From assembly GCA_964304625.1 (NCBI GenBank), contig OZ199839.1, positions 10,651,186 to 10,715,185 of the forward strand: DNA of 64,000 bases, given 5' to 3'. The notes under the pieces are model-generated. The model was not told where the DNA came from, did not search any database, and worked only from the letters and a program-made list of their open reading frames with translations. The number at the start of each line of letters is the position of its first letter. Within the stretch, counting starts at the first letter, position 1. A program made the translations under genes and the position numbers. Source of the DNA: Kudoa neothunni. Its lineage: Eukaryota; Animalia; Cnidaria. Positions 29,136 through 42,263 of the stretch are shown one piece after another.

Positions 29136-30569
29136 TCAGTTAGCTTCGGTAACATCAAGCTCCTCACAAGTGGTTTCTTGGTATTGATGATATTCATTGA
29201 TGAGGTCGTTGACATTGGATTCGGCTTCGGTGAATTCCATTTCTTCCATTCCCTCGCCAACATACCAATGAAGGAAAGCTCTTCGTTTGAACATGGCGGT
29301 GAATTGATCGGAAATACGTGAAAAAATGTCCATAATAGCGGTTGAATTTCCTATGAAGGTGGATGCCATATCGAGTTTGGCTGGAGGTACATCACACACC
29401 CGCACTCTTCACATTGTTGGGAATCCATTCGACGAAATATTGAACATTTTTATTTTGAACATTGCGCATGTTATCATCGACCTCTTTAGTTGACATTTTA
29501 CCACGGAAAATGGCGGCCACAGTGAGGTAACGTCCACGTGAGGGATCACAAGCAGCCATCATATTTCTGGCATCAAACATTTGCTGGGTGAGCTCAGTCA
29601 CTGAGAGATTATAGAATTGTTTTCCTTGTAAGCTGGAAAGCGGCGCACAACCAATAGTGAAAAAATGAAGTCGAGGGAATGGAACCATGTTGACAGCAAG
29701 TTTTCGAAGATCAGTATTCAACTGACCAGGGAAACGTAAACTGCATGTTACACCACTCATCGCCCTCGAAACAAGGTTGTTAAGTTCGCAATAGGCAGGA
29801 TTGTTCAACTTGAGTGTACGTTGACAAATATCATAAAGAGCTTCGTTGTCGATACAGTAGGTGGCATCGGTATTCTCCACCAACTGATGGATTGAGAGAA
29901 TGGCATTGTAAGGTTCCACAACAGTATCTGATACTTTGGGCGATGGCAGCACCGAAAAACTACTGATAATACGATCAGGATAATCTTCGCGTACTCTCAA
30001 GGTGACCAATGTGCCCAATCCACTACCAGTACCACCACCAAGTGAATGGGTCAGTTGGAAACCTTGCATGCAGTCACAATTTTCAGCCTCTTTTCGAATA
30101 ATATCCATCACACTGTCCACCAACTCTGCACCTTCGGTGTAGTGACCTTTGGCCCAGTTGTTCCCAGCACCACCAGAACCATATATATAATTGTCGGGAT
30201 GGAACAAATCGCCAAATTCACTTGATTTGAACTGCTCCATCACGCCAGGTTCCAAATCGACCAGGATAGCTCTTGGCACGTATCGTCGTCCTTAATAATC
30301 AATATCAAATCCATCATTCCTTATCACGCCTTTGGATCAAGATAATACCTGATGCTTCATTGTAGTAGACATTGATACGTTCTAGCTGATTGGGGTTTTG
30401 ACCGTAATGCTTGCCAGATTTGTCAATTTTGTGTTCTTCGGAAATCTCCTCCCAAAACTACACAGCAAAATTACAGTTGTTAACTCGAGTGTGTCGACAA
30501 ACTAATTATTACTCTGCAACCTATTTGGTTACCACATTGACCAGTTTGAATGTGAACTATCTCTCTCAT
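29136..30569 (-). CDS. TUBB: Divergent beta-tubulin (two 5' introns; one extra G at about 29399-29401 breaks the frame in this sequence)
   Basis: [17 protein letters not shown] start at 30569, then [46 protein letters not shown] and [20 protein letters not shown]. Confidence 0.95.
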
Positions 30570-31197
30570 AGGTAGCGCTAAGTTTAATACTGGGACTAGC
30601 GCGGCCTGCGTCGTAATCTGCTATTATCCTTTCACATGGATTAGCTTATTTTAAATTATTGCACAACTGCATGGCCTTATCTCATGTCGAAAAAATTTGT
30701 AAATTCAACACGCATATTCAAAATTCGTCTAAATTATTGTTAACCAATGATACAATTTACTAAGATTAATTTTCGGAGAGTTACCTAAGCTACATGATTC
30801 CTTTGGGATATTAAACACAAAAAGCGTAAACAGATGTGTGAATGAATTTAACTGGTCGACGCCATTATTCATTGTTTCAGTGTGATATAAAAATAATACT
30901 TGTATTTTGCGGTCCGTTTTAATCGAAAATACTATTACAACTAGTGCTCATCCACGACAGCTAATCCACCATTTCATAAAGTCTAGTTATTCTCCGTTTA
31001 TGAAGTTTTTCTATTCGATAATGTCTTATTAATTTTAGCTGGTGGAAATTAAACAATACGTGTAACGAGCAACCTTCTTGATATCGATAGACTAATGTTA
31101 TTGATGCCATTAATGGTGGATTTTGTAGATTAAACATCTAATCTCAAACTTAGTAATATTAATATAGGTCGGGGTGCGCGAATACATGAGCATAATT

Positions 31198-31860
31198 CAT
31201 TGTTCCCAATCTTTTTTCTACTGCCTCCCACATTTTCTTGACAAAAAATTCCGTGCCCTACCTTTTTCAAAAGTATTGATTTTTTAATTTACACTGTTTA
31301 TAACATTGAATAAAGCTCCCTGTCACATTAAAATTTGAAAGAAATTAATATATACTTCTTTTTTCATTAAAATTAAAATGGATTCGATCAGATCTAACTT
31401 AACTTATCGATAGACCTTAAAATTAACATATTTGGTTCTTTATCCTGTCCAAAACAGCTTCGAATGAAACTCGTGGTAATCTAACCTTCATTAGGAAAGA
31501 CTTTCTGTATAGGGGGCTAATAATCGAAAAATAAAGAATATAAATACAAAATTAATCATATATTACATCAGGTTTAATTAAAAAAGGATTAAACGATTCC
31601 AAACTGATTTTATTCGGGTGAAGGAAACGTTAAATATTATTATTATTATTAATTTTTATATCATTAGTTATTGCTTTTTGTTTTTTAAGATGTTAATCGT
31701 CACTTAAAAATAAGCGATCTCAAAAATCGCGATATTGACTTCAAAGTACATCATGATGTCCAATTATCAGTGTCACAACAATACTCAGGATATTCCACGC
31801 CCTGCCAAAATTTGTTCACGCCCACCGGTGGACGCGAAGGTTCCACGTTGGGAAACACTG
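31198..31860. mobile_element. hAT MITE (older)
   Basis: TIRs CATTGTTCCCAATC / GTTGGGAAACACTG. TSD GCATAATT vs GCATGATC (6/8). Confidence 0.65.
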
Positions 31861-33061
31861 GCATGATCATTCAGTCGGGCTTGCGCCGAAACTAAAAATC
31901 AACTAATAACACACGTTTGTCATTATTGGCACTAAAGTATCAGATCGGTCCTTTCCGTTGCTAAATGTGTATTGGCGTCGTTTGGTCGTTTCCCAACTTA
32001 TTTTATATTGAAACGTCGAAAAATAATAGGTTTTGTTTTATTGCGAAATTTGTATCCGTGTCTGGACAGAAAACGATAATTAACCGTTTCCTTGTAATAA
32101 TCTCAATTATGAATATATGATATTAAAATTTAATCGTAAATATGTCTTATAATATTTGTTAATATATTTTGAATTGAAAAATATGGTAAAAATTTAGAGT
32201 AATTGATACAAAATAGGGATGTCTAGAAAATAAAGTTAGTTCATTAGTGAGTAAATTTGAATTTAATCCAATAAAAAATTTAAGATTTTAACAAGAATTA
32301 GACACACATTATATTTGATTCGTTGAATGGATGAGTGAATAAATAATTATTTATGTATGTATAAATTTTCAGTTATACCTCTAAGCGGACGTTTTCATTT
32401 TGAGTGAGGATTGAAGAATCAATTGGATGTGTCGTGAAAAACTGTTTTTAGTTGTTCTGGAATTTTTTGTATAAAAATTCTTGACACTTTTTGGAGCCGT
32501 TCACTTGAGATTGATTACAAGTTAACTTTGGGGATTATTTTCACGTTAAATGATAGATATTAAAAAGTTAAGATAACAAACCTATTGTATTTGTATATAC
32601 AGTAGGTAATCGATTTTACACATTTTTGCGCATGCACATAACAATTATATATCCCCTTTTTTGAAATTTATTTTTAATTTATGTTTTCTATTGGAATAGT
32701 ATAAACGAATATAAATTCTACAAGGGACAAAAAAATCAACTGATATTTAGTTTCAATTATTGAAAAAATCAATAATTTTGGTGTGTCAAAATGACATACA
32801 AATCAATTTCCAATTCTAAGAATGATCGGAAACGATATAAACTTTTTAAATTAGAGATAAAATTTAGTTGTTTTTTCGAGGAGGCCATTTAGGATTGCTA
32901 TATTTGATATGTTGAAATCACAATAATTATCTTCACATTTATTTATAAAAGATTTTCGAAATATTTTATTATTTTGCATTTTCCTTCTAACTTTGTTGTA
33001 CTTTTATCTTCGTTTATCGCTTAATTTCTAATTTTCCAGCGAATAATGTTACATTGATAAA

Positions 33062-33517
33062 CAGAGTGCCCGGAAAAAAGTGTGCTAAATCGATACGTCA
33101 CGTGATTTTGGATACGCATTTTACATCATTTACAGTCTATTATTTGAACCAAAATTACGCTCATGTTTAATACATTTGTTTATATAAACATTGGAAGCAT
33201 TTAGAGTTATAATTAAATGAATTCACAAAAAGTGTGCAAAATCGATTACCGACTGTAGTCTAGTCTCGTTTTGTAGCTAAACTTTGTGGTGTTAAGTTTT
33301 AACAATAATCATGTTAATATGAATTATTCCTAAACTTTCAAAATCATTTCATATATAATACCATGGATGTTTAGTTTGAAGATTAAAGTATTGTACTTTT
33401 GTCAGTTTCACTCGATTCTACGAATGTTGACTTGTGTTCGTCGCTAGAAAAAAGAGACAACCCCAAAGGAATTACAGTAGGCAACCGATAATACGCACTT
33501 TTTCCGGCCAAACCACG
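33062..33517. mobile_element. Tc1/mariner-like MITE (decayed)
   Basis: Imperfect TIRs CCGGAAAAAAGTGTGCTAAATCG / CGATAATACGCACTTTTTCCGG, an internal copy of the TIR motif at about 33226, and TA on the right. Confidence 0.45.
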
Positions 33518-35800
33518 TAGATTAAATTGTTTTCATTGGAAACGGGGGAGAAATTTTAATTCTGACGGTTGAATGTTTGAACGAATAGAAAAAGTTCTTT
33601 GAGATATCTAATAAAAAATTATCATTTCCATGAAAATAGAATATATTTTATCTCAAAGCAATGTTATTTGCCAATTAAAGTATGTTATAGATGCACATAA
33701 ATAAATATTTTGGGGTAAAAATATAAATAAAATTTCATATTGCGCTAAAAAGTGAATAAGAAATAAAATAGTATTTACAATTTTTTACAACTGACCATTC
33801 ACTAAATTTTATCCCAGTCTAAAAGGATATAAATATTTTATCATTAAATACGATTAAAATAAACATTGCAAATTATTTTTCGGTTAAATAATCTAAATAG
33901 GGTTTTTGGTTATTCTATTTAAATAAAAGGTGTAATACCTATGCTGAAAAACAAAGAAAACACAAATTAATGCAACTGCGAGCGCGCTTTTTGGATGGTC
34001 CTGAGGGGATTGCGTATTATCGGTTACCTACTGTTGAAGCAATGCTGCTCTAAGTTATTTCAGTATTTACATTCTATACAAAAGAGAAGGAAAATTAAAT
34101 ATCTTTTATTAAATTCACTTCTAATATAATAATAAATGATATCGTGAGTTAATTATAAATCAAATCAAGAGAAGTTTAAGAAACCCATAATATAATGAGA
34201 CAATTAATCCATAAAAATATGCGTCAGTATTTCTTGTCAATTCCAGCGTGAAACATGTTTTGACATCAGGTTTACCAACGGAAAGGAGAACTTTCAAAAT
34301 ATAATATACCGACACAGAAATTAGTAAAACCAAACAATAACCACTTCTCACAAACGCAACTTATCAAATGGATAAAGCTAATACAAACAGTTTTGACATT
34401 TCTTGTAATGATTATAGAAATTGATCTCAACGTTTGATAATGAAAATTATTTACAACTGTTCTTGTTATATTCAATGATTTTTCAATGTTATATACTGTG
34501 TTGTACGATGATGAATATTGAATGTTTCTCTCCTAAATTTAGGGGAAATTATCTATATATTAAACTATAATGGGAATGAAATATTCTGAGGGAAATTAAA
34601 GTGACGTTGTGCTCACGCGCATCTAACCAAAGACATGATGTATGATGTATCGTTCATATATTTTTTAAAAATTAAAAATTTAAGATAAAATATAAAATTT
34701 GTATAACATCGCAAAAATTATGTAAACTAAACAATACTTTTATTGCATTCATTTGTTGAAATTTCTCTTTGATTACATATTTTGTTTTCTATAATGGGTT
34801 GTTTTTTAAATGAGTATTGGAAAATCAATTGTGGACAAAAAATTTTCCCGCAAATTTCTAATTTAGCGAAATCGAAAAGTTGATTAGATGCTTATTATAA
34901 AAATATATAAACTAAAAAATGTATTAATTTATTATATTGTTAGTTGAAAAAGTTTATAGTCGATATATAAAAATGTTATTGAGTCTTATACACAATTTAT
35001 AAATTAATATATGAACAGTGAATTGAGTTTTGTTAACTTATGGAAATTTAACGATTATTTCACATGTGCCAACAATGTTGGATCCAGGATTTGGTAGCAT
35101 AACTAAAAGTTATGATAATTAATTGAATCGTAGCTTGAGGTATTGTTTTGTTTTTTCATGAACAATTTCTCAAAAATCAGAAAAAGGCGATGCGTAAATG
35201 GATGATTGCTAGATGCTTAATCGTAACTCATTACTTCATATAAATTCTTTTTGTCCAATTTTAATAAAGAACTGTTAATCTAAATCTTTTTACTTTGAGA
35301 ATTAATATATATTTTTGAATAATTTAACTAAAATATTTACTGTAAAAAAGTTACAAACATAGTTAATGAAATATTCCGATATTATGTTATAATAGATATA
35401 TACAATAAGGTCTCGATATAATGTAACTTATTGCAACGGTGAATTCATTACAACGGCAAACTTTACGTTATATTGAGATCCTTCGCACGTGCAAATAAGC
35501 AATTGCTTATTTCTTGTTCACAAAATATCTATTTTTTAAAATTTTTGGAACGTAAAATTTTTCTATAATTTCTTAATAAATTTATAAACAGTCTTAAATT
35601 ATACATAAGTAAAACAAGCAGCTGACTTTGGTCTTAATTCTCATAGATGGTTAGATGCAAAAAAGTAGTTATCAATGAAATGATAACTTTAATAGATTTA
35701 TAATTTTTATAAGTAAATAATAGAATTGAACATGAATAATTGGTGAGATATTAAAAACATGTTACGTTTCGTTTAATATCAAATTATTATTACATTACAT

Positions 35801-35824
35801 GTATATATATATATATATATATAT
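35801..35824. repeat. (TA)n microsatellite
   Basis: Direct read. Similar tracts at about 9452 and 10483, (TCAA)n at 45314 and (AAT)n at 62042. Confidence 0.9.
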
Positions 35825-36253
35825 GTAAGGATTATAAACATTTTATTTAATAAATAATGAAAATGCATAAAATCAATCATTTAATTAAATTCTTACACCT
35901 AAAAGCTATAGAATTTTCATATCATGTTCCGAATTTTATCAATAACAACATCCCTTGCCATTTAATATCTTAAAAAGTAATTGAATCAACGATCTCATCT
36001 TATACGAGAAGAGCACTCTTAATTAATATGATGGAATTCATAGTAAAAAGTGGTAATCAGCGCAAAAATAAATCAAACTATAATTATAATGAATATTTTT
36101 TCAACTAGATATAAAGTAATATAATCAGAAAAGATCATCACGAATAGAATTCAATAGAGGACGAAAGAGGGGGATGATAATTGATCGACATAGTAATAAT
36201 ATTACCTAAATAACAGCAGGTTAACACAAAACTACAACCGGAGTTATTAATAA

Positions 36254-39200
36254 TTACTTTTTAGAGTAGAATTTTTTGTTGATAGTATAGATAAGAAGAT
36301 TGACATTGACTTTGGCGCGATCAAACATATAGATAACGGACACGTTTTCGTATTGAAGTTGAAGAAGATCCTCAAAGACCAACTGCATACTATCCATGCT
36401 AACACCGAATAATTTAGCAGCAATCGAAAACACCCCGGGATTGTCAGTTGCATTGATTTCGAATTGAACATTTTTGAATTGGTTGGTAGACAATCCTTCC
36501 ACCTCGAGCACAACACCTTGTTTGTATAATTCGGCAGCATTGTATTTGACCACTTTCTTGGCTTTGTGATGCTTGGACTTTTTGGAGGGATGAACGTTGA
36601 GATTGGCCACACAAGCTTGGATGTATTGCTTGTAGTACTCTTTCTGTTCAGTAAGGTATTTGTCTTTGGCGTTGAGGTTTTCAAGAGCACTTCTCAGACG
36701 TAGCAAATCGAATCTTCTATTTTTTCTGTAAAGACGACGATTTCTGATCTCTTTCGCAACCACCAAAATCAAGCTTTGATAATCATCCGAGTGTGGAATA
36801 ACACCTAGACTCTCAAGTTTTTTAGTGTTCCCAATGATAGCTTGTTGTGTTTGTGAAAGAGTGAGAGGTTTGGATGTGGTTTGTTCCATTTTTACTGGAA
36901 ATTCGTCAATCGAACGAAATTCATTTACTGACGCGGATCGCTTGAGCTGGAGGGCGTTGAAACGTAATTCTTCAGTGGGATCGAACACTTTGGTGAGTAA
37001 AGATCCGAGGTTATCGGTGGCTTCAAAGTTCAACAAGTCCACCACATGTTTAATAGTGTCGAGGAATAGACGTTTATTGCTAGCTTCCTCTTGATTCACA
37101 TCCACTTTTGGTGCAATAAGTGCCAAAGTGATGTTGGTATTGATGACCTCTTCGTTTATTTGTTCTTCCGAAAGTGTTTCGTTGGTTTTCCTATGTTCAA
37201 CCAATTCGGAAGGAGAGGGCAATTCACCAATCTCATCCATAATCACACAGATAGGATCATCTTTGGGTACGTTGTTATCTTGGATGTAGTCTTTGACAAG
37301 TGTGTGCACTTCAACAATTTGGCCTATAGTAAGATTGAGTTCAGGTCTACTGATAGCGGTTTGATCGGTGAACTCATCAATATTGAAATGAGATTCCAAA
37401 TCATCCACACGCATACACTCATCGAACCAGTTTGTGATTTTGGTCCAAGTGGAAGCCATATATTCGTTCAACGAAAACATTGGATTATCGGTTGAAGCAC
37501 CAACAGCAAAGTTGTGCGATGCAGAGCGTTGAATAACCACTGATATGGATGCGAGGTTTTTGCGCTTTTCGGCCGAAATCTCAGACGATGACAACATATT
37601 GAAAGTGTCCGGTGACACAACGGCAGGATTGATCAAACGATAGTACAGCAGATTGCCAACAATCTTGTGATAGCTACTTTCTAGTTCATCGGGGAAACGT
37701 TTCTTCAGAGAATCGTACAAAGTACGGGCCAAATAACGAATACCATATGGGATTTTTGAGGCGGATCCAGTGATAGCATCAATAAACTTAGAACACACAC
37801 TCTTCATATTGGAGATATTCACCGACAGTCTCTTTTTCACTTCATCATACGACATTGCGGTGTTGCTATCAACATCGTAAGGATAGCCAGACGCTTGACC
37901 GGTTTCGGTTTCAATCTGACTGATCCACTGTTTGTAGATATCCAATGGGTTGGTGTTGATATTATATTTGTTGTTGATCACATCTTTCACACAATCAGAT
38001 ATGATGTCTTCCAACCAAGTTTGTGCCTTGGAGTTTCTATAAAAGTGGACAGCAATCTTCAAGATAAGTGGATCGCCTTTGATGAATTCATTGATGGTGT
38101 GTATTTTGGTCTCAATCTCAACCACCATAGCACACGAGAACATTTTGATGAGTGTGTATTCATCTCGAAGATACGTACCATAGTTGTACAGCGCGTAACA
38201 AGTATCTTTGACAAATTTGGAGTTGCGGTCACCAAAAAAGGTCATAATCAGATGAGCGGTGTATTCGGGATGCATTTGTAGTATGTAGAACAGAGTGCCC
38301 AATTTATCAATGAGTATTTGTTTATCTTTGGTGATGGTTGGTAGGAATTGACTGCTTAATTTTCTTGATTTGCCTTGACTGTGTGTAAGTACATCCTGGA
38401 TTTTGAGTTTGTTCTTCACCAACAACCCAATGCGTACATCAATTTCTTTGTTTTCGGCTTCCTTTTCGTTCACAGCTTTAATCATAGATACCACTGAATT
38501 TCTCAAATGTTCCAATTCTTTTTCTTCTTTCAGATCGTTTGCATCAAAGTCCAACAAACGAACAAATCTACAAACAGTACTGCATGGTGGATTTTCAGAA
38601 TGGACGAGATTGTGATAGTCACGGTGAGCCAAATTCGCTCGAATAGCACTCTGCAATGAAATAATTGCATCCATATTCTTTCTTAGATAGTCAAAGTGGT
38701 GCATAAAAGGTTGGCGAGCAAGCAACACTCTAGCAAATTGTTGCAAATACTCAATCTCACTGGAATGGTCTTGGTTGAATTGGTTGACCTTTCTGTACAT
38801 TTTCATCACACTCAACGTTCTAAACAATGATTGTAGTAACACTATAAGAGGTCGTTGGATGTAGCTCAAGTGAAGTTTGTGGGTTCGATAGAATGCTTGA
38901 ATGAGTGTGATCGATGGTGAATTGGCCTGTAGATAGAGTTCGTTGTTGTGATGAGCTGTGATATCGTTCACAATATCGCTAATGTGTTCTTTGTTGATGT
39001 AACCATGGGCCGGTTGGAGCTCAGGTACTTCGAACCACAAAAACTTTTTGTCGTTGTGGTTGTAATAGAAGCGTTGGTTGCCCATTGCGGATAGTTTGTG
39101 GTCGGTCCATCCATTCCAATCAACGAAATTTTGGTTGGTCACAATTTTGCAAATGTTGTCAGCGTACAAATCTCTGCACGCTTCGACCAAACCGCCCAAA

Positions 39201-40938
39201 CCAAGTTCACTAAGGTGTTTATACACCACCTCACTATTAACCACATCGTTCTGAGACATCACATGTTGATTCAATGCTTCGATTGTGTCCAATAGGTGTT
39301 TTGCTTCTGCCACAGCTTTGTTGCAATCAACTATGCATGCTTCCACTTCGTCGAACCACAAAACTGCATTAGGATCGTCGGTCTCCTTCTTCTTTTTCTC
39401 GAGACGATGTTGTATCCACTGGATGTAAGAGTCGGCCAATTTAGGATCAAAGCCAGCCAACTCCACCTTGAATTGATCTATATATTTCAACAGGGTGTCC
39501 GGTGTGAGTTGATGAATAGCTGAATTGAGAGCGGTAACAAAATTAACTATTCTTTTCCGTAACTCAGCTTCAGTATTACCCTGAGAAACCAACTCATTCA
39601 CTAACCCAATGTCAAATACATAATCATCCGGCTGTTGTTTCACATATTTATGGAAACGTTTCATGTACAGATCACGATTGTCATACAACACTCCAATTGC
39701 ATTCAAATCACGAGACACCAAACAATCGATAAATTTCTCCTCATTCTTTGCTCGAGCATTCTGAGTGAGCTCAAACAATAGATGATTGAGGTTGATCTCT
39801 GAAAGTGTTCTCTGAATTTCTTTCTGAGTGAGCATTCGATCATAAACATCCTCTTGTTCTTTGTCTTCTCCACTTGGATGCTCTTTGTTGGCGCGTTCAA
39901 TTTTCTTCGCGCGTTCATGTTTCAGATCTCTCATGTAATCATCACCGTGTTCGTCATGCACACCAAAAAGCTGAGCAGGAACGCTTTTCATTCGTTCCAA
40001 CAATAGATTTGTATCGTTAATATCGAGTGCTTCGTTAATAAGAAGAATAGCAGCATGAAGTGCTGCATCATCTTCTGACAACTCCGAAGCCAATATTCCT
40101 CCTATTTTACTGAATGCAGGCATTTGAACACCGTATTTTTTCAGCGATTCAGAAACTTTTTTAAGTTCATCATCTAATCAAGTCAACCAGCCGCTATTAC
40201 AATACTATGACAAATGATGAGTAATACCTGAAAATTGAACTTTTCCCATAAGATCTTGAATCGGATGGGCTTTTCCTAACTTGTACAAATACATACTCAA
40301 TGCGTGGATACAATAGATCAATTTGGGCATGTTTTTCATATCATAGATGTCGGTGGTTTCGGGAAAGAAAACCTACACAATTAATTTGAACTAATGCATC
40401 ATGAGTATTGTGATCAGATATACTTTGGGAAATCCAATATGGGATAGTGACTTCAAAAAATTCATGATATTGTCGGTGTATTTGTAATGAAGTCCTTTTT
40501 TCTACAATCATCAGAGATTATCCATTAGAATAAATAACGCGCATAAATCATGACGAAAAGGTACTTTGAACATCTCATAGTTGATATCATAGATTTTTTT
40601 TTCGGTAATCAATTCGGGGGCGTAAAAATTGGCTAATCTCGCCAAAACAACTCCATTACGTAAACTCTCCTCCAACTCGCTCGATGAAGGCAATTCGATG
40701 TGTAAATTGTGCTCAAACCATCTATAATCACACAATTTGGATCAAAAACCACATTCACAACACCAGTCGGTATGTACTTTTTTGCCTCTTCCAACCGGCA
40801 CAAATATTCGTATGCAGTTTGAAGATGACGTTGCTCATCCATCTTTTCGGATGACAACCCTTTCTCTAAACAAATCAATAATCATCAACCCACTCACAAA
40901 ACACCAGCATCAAATATGTAAAGCCTACCTGACGACAT
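36254..40938 (-). CDS. IQGAP: IQGAP (CH, WW-like, IQ motifs, RasGAP-related domain, RGCT); five short 5' introns then a terminal exon of about 3.9 kb
   Basis: Reads MDEQRHLQTAYEYLCRLEEAK, ELEESLRNGVVLARLANF, FFPETTDIYDMKNMPKLIYCIHALS and MPAFSKIGGILA. IQ-like IQAFYR/LQSAIR, GRD VGNLLYYRLINPAVVSPD, and C-terminal DLLQLQYENV...KVNVNLLIY.INKKFY. Confidence 0.96.
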
Positions 40939-42263
40939 CGCTAAACACTACTACTACCTAGAATTAACACCCTAAGATACGAGAGAATTATCCCCACTTG
41001 TTATTAGTCTTAAGTTACTGCTCAATCGATAGTGTTAACTCACTAAAATGTAACGCTACACAGCCACCTAAATGCTTCCTAAATTTTTATTTATCTTGAG
41101 ACTGGATTTTTAGGTGCCACGGTTTCAAAAATTAGTAATCTTTCCTGATTGGAATTAACTCATTAATCCCCGAAGTTACACTCGTATAATGGCGCTTAAT
41201 CGCTCTTATATATTATCTTAGGATTGGACGGGTTTGGGCGAAGTTCGGTGATTGTTTGCGGTAGCATATTTTCCCTGTGATCTTTTTATTTTATAATCAT
41301 ACCATAACAACAAGCCAATATAATGACATACCATATTGGTCAGATTAAGTATGGGGATTATTTCATATTTGTTCATATTTCACTCAACAATAGGTTTATA
41401 TTAATTCAAATTTCAATAATCCCTATTTTAGGGTATCACCACACCCTTAAGTGGTTCTTCTTTCTCCGATTGCTGACAAAATACAAATTTTTGGTATGAT
41501 CCAATCAAAGTTGGTTTAAACAAAGTAAATCCTGTAGTTGGTCCCTGTTTATGGCACCACATTAAATTCAACCAAACTCTAATCTCAAACCATCATGGTG
41601 CCATACTGATTTTAATTCATTTCACCTAATCAACTCCAGCTATACAACTGGAGTGATTAATAAAGTACGTTCGCACTTTATTATGATTAGCCCCAACAAA
41701 GCCCCGATAGAAGTACGCTATTGGTTTAGCTGTGCTTCTATTTTTATATCCCATTGAATTTATTAGTAATTCTAACATCGATTATATATCTTTTAAGTGA
41801 TTAGTTTATTTGGTTCGCCTACTTTCGAACTCTATTCAACTATAAAAAATGTAATAATCGTGTGAAAATAATAGTCTGTTTGGTCTCCGAAACTCCTCGA
41901 TCTATTCGAATATCAAATATTTGATATGATCAGCCATAGCTAGTCAATAGAGATATTGTAAATTCTAATGTCTTTTTGTGGTCGATGATTATATCGCGTA
42001 CTTTTTAACTAGTACAGGGTTAATTCTCCAATCATAAACATTTGCACAGTCCGGCAATCAATTTAGTATTTAATGGAGTTGTTTGTGCGAACTAATTTCA
42101 AATAGGTGTAAAGTAGATTTTCAACAGTGCAAATCAGTACTAAGTTTATGTTATTTTCTCACCCCAGTATTACAGTAATATCGTAGAGGACATGTTTTAT
42201 ATTGGATCGAAGTTAGAACAACTTGTTTTTTTTGGTTAATATTAAATTTTTTAACAAAAATCA

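Noticed and set aside
32380-34480. Faint hAT dimerisation-like fragments at about 32400-32510 and 34250-34400 (minus strand)
   Set aside because: Too decayed, with no ends to define them.
36247-39918. Many antisense and alternative-frame ORFs over IQGAP (also over Groucho and SYF2)
   Set aside because: They are shadows of real coding exons with codon bias and show no independent motifs.
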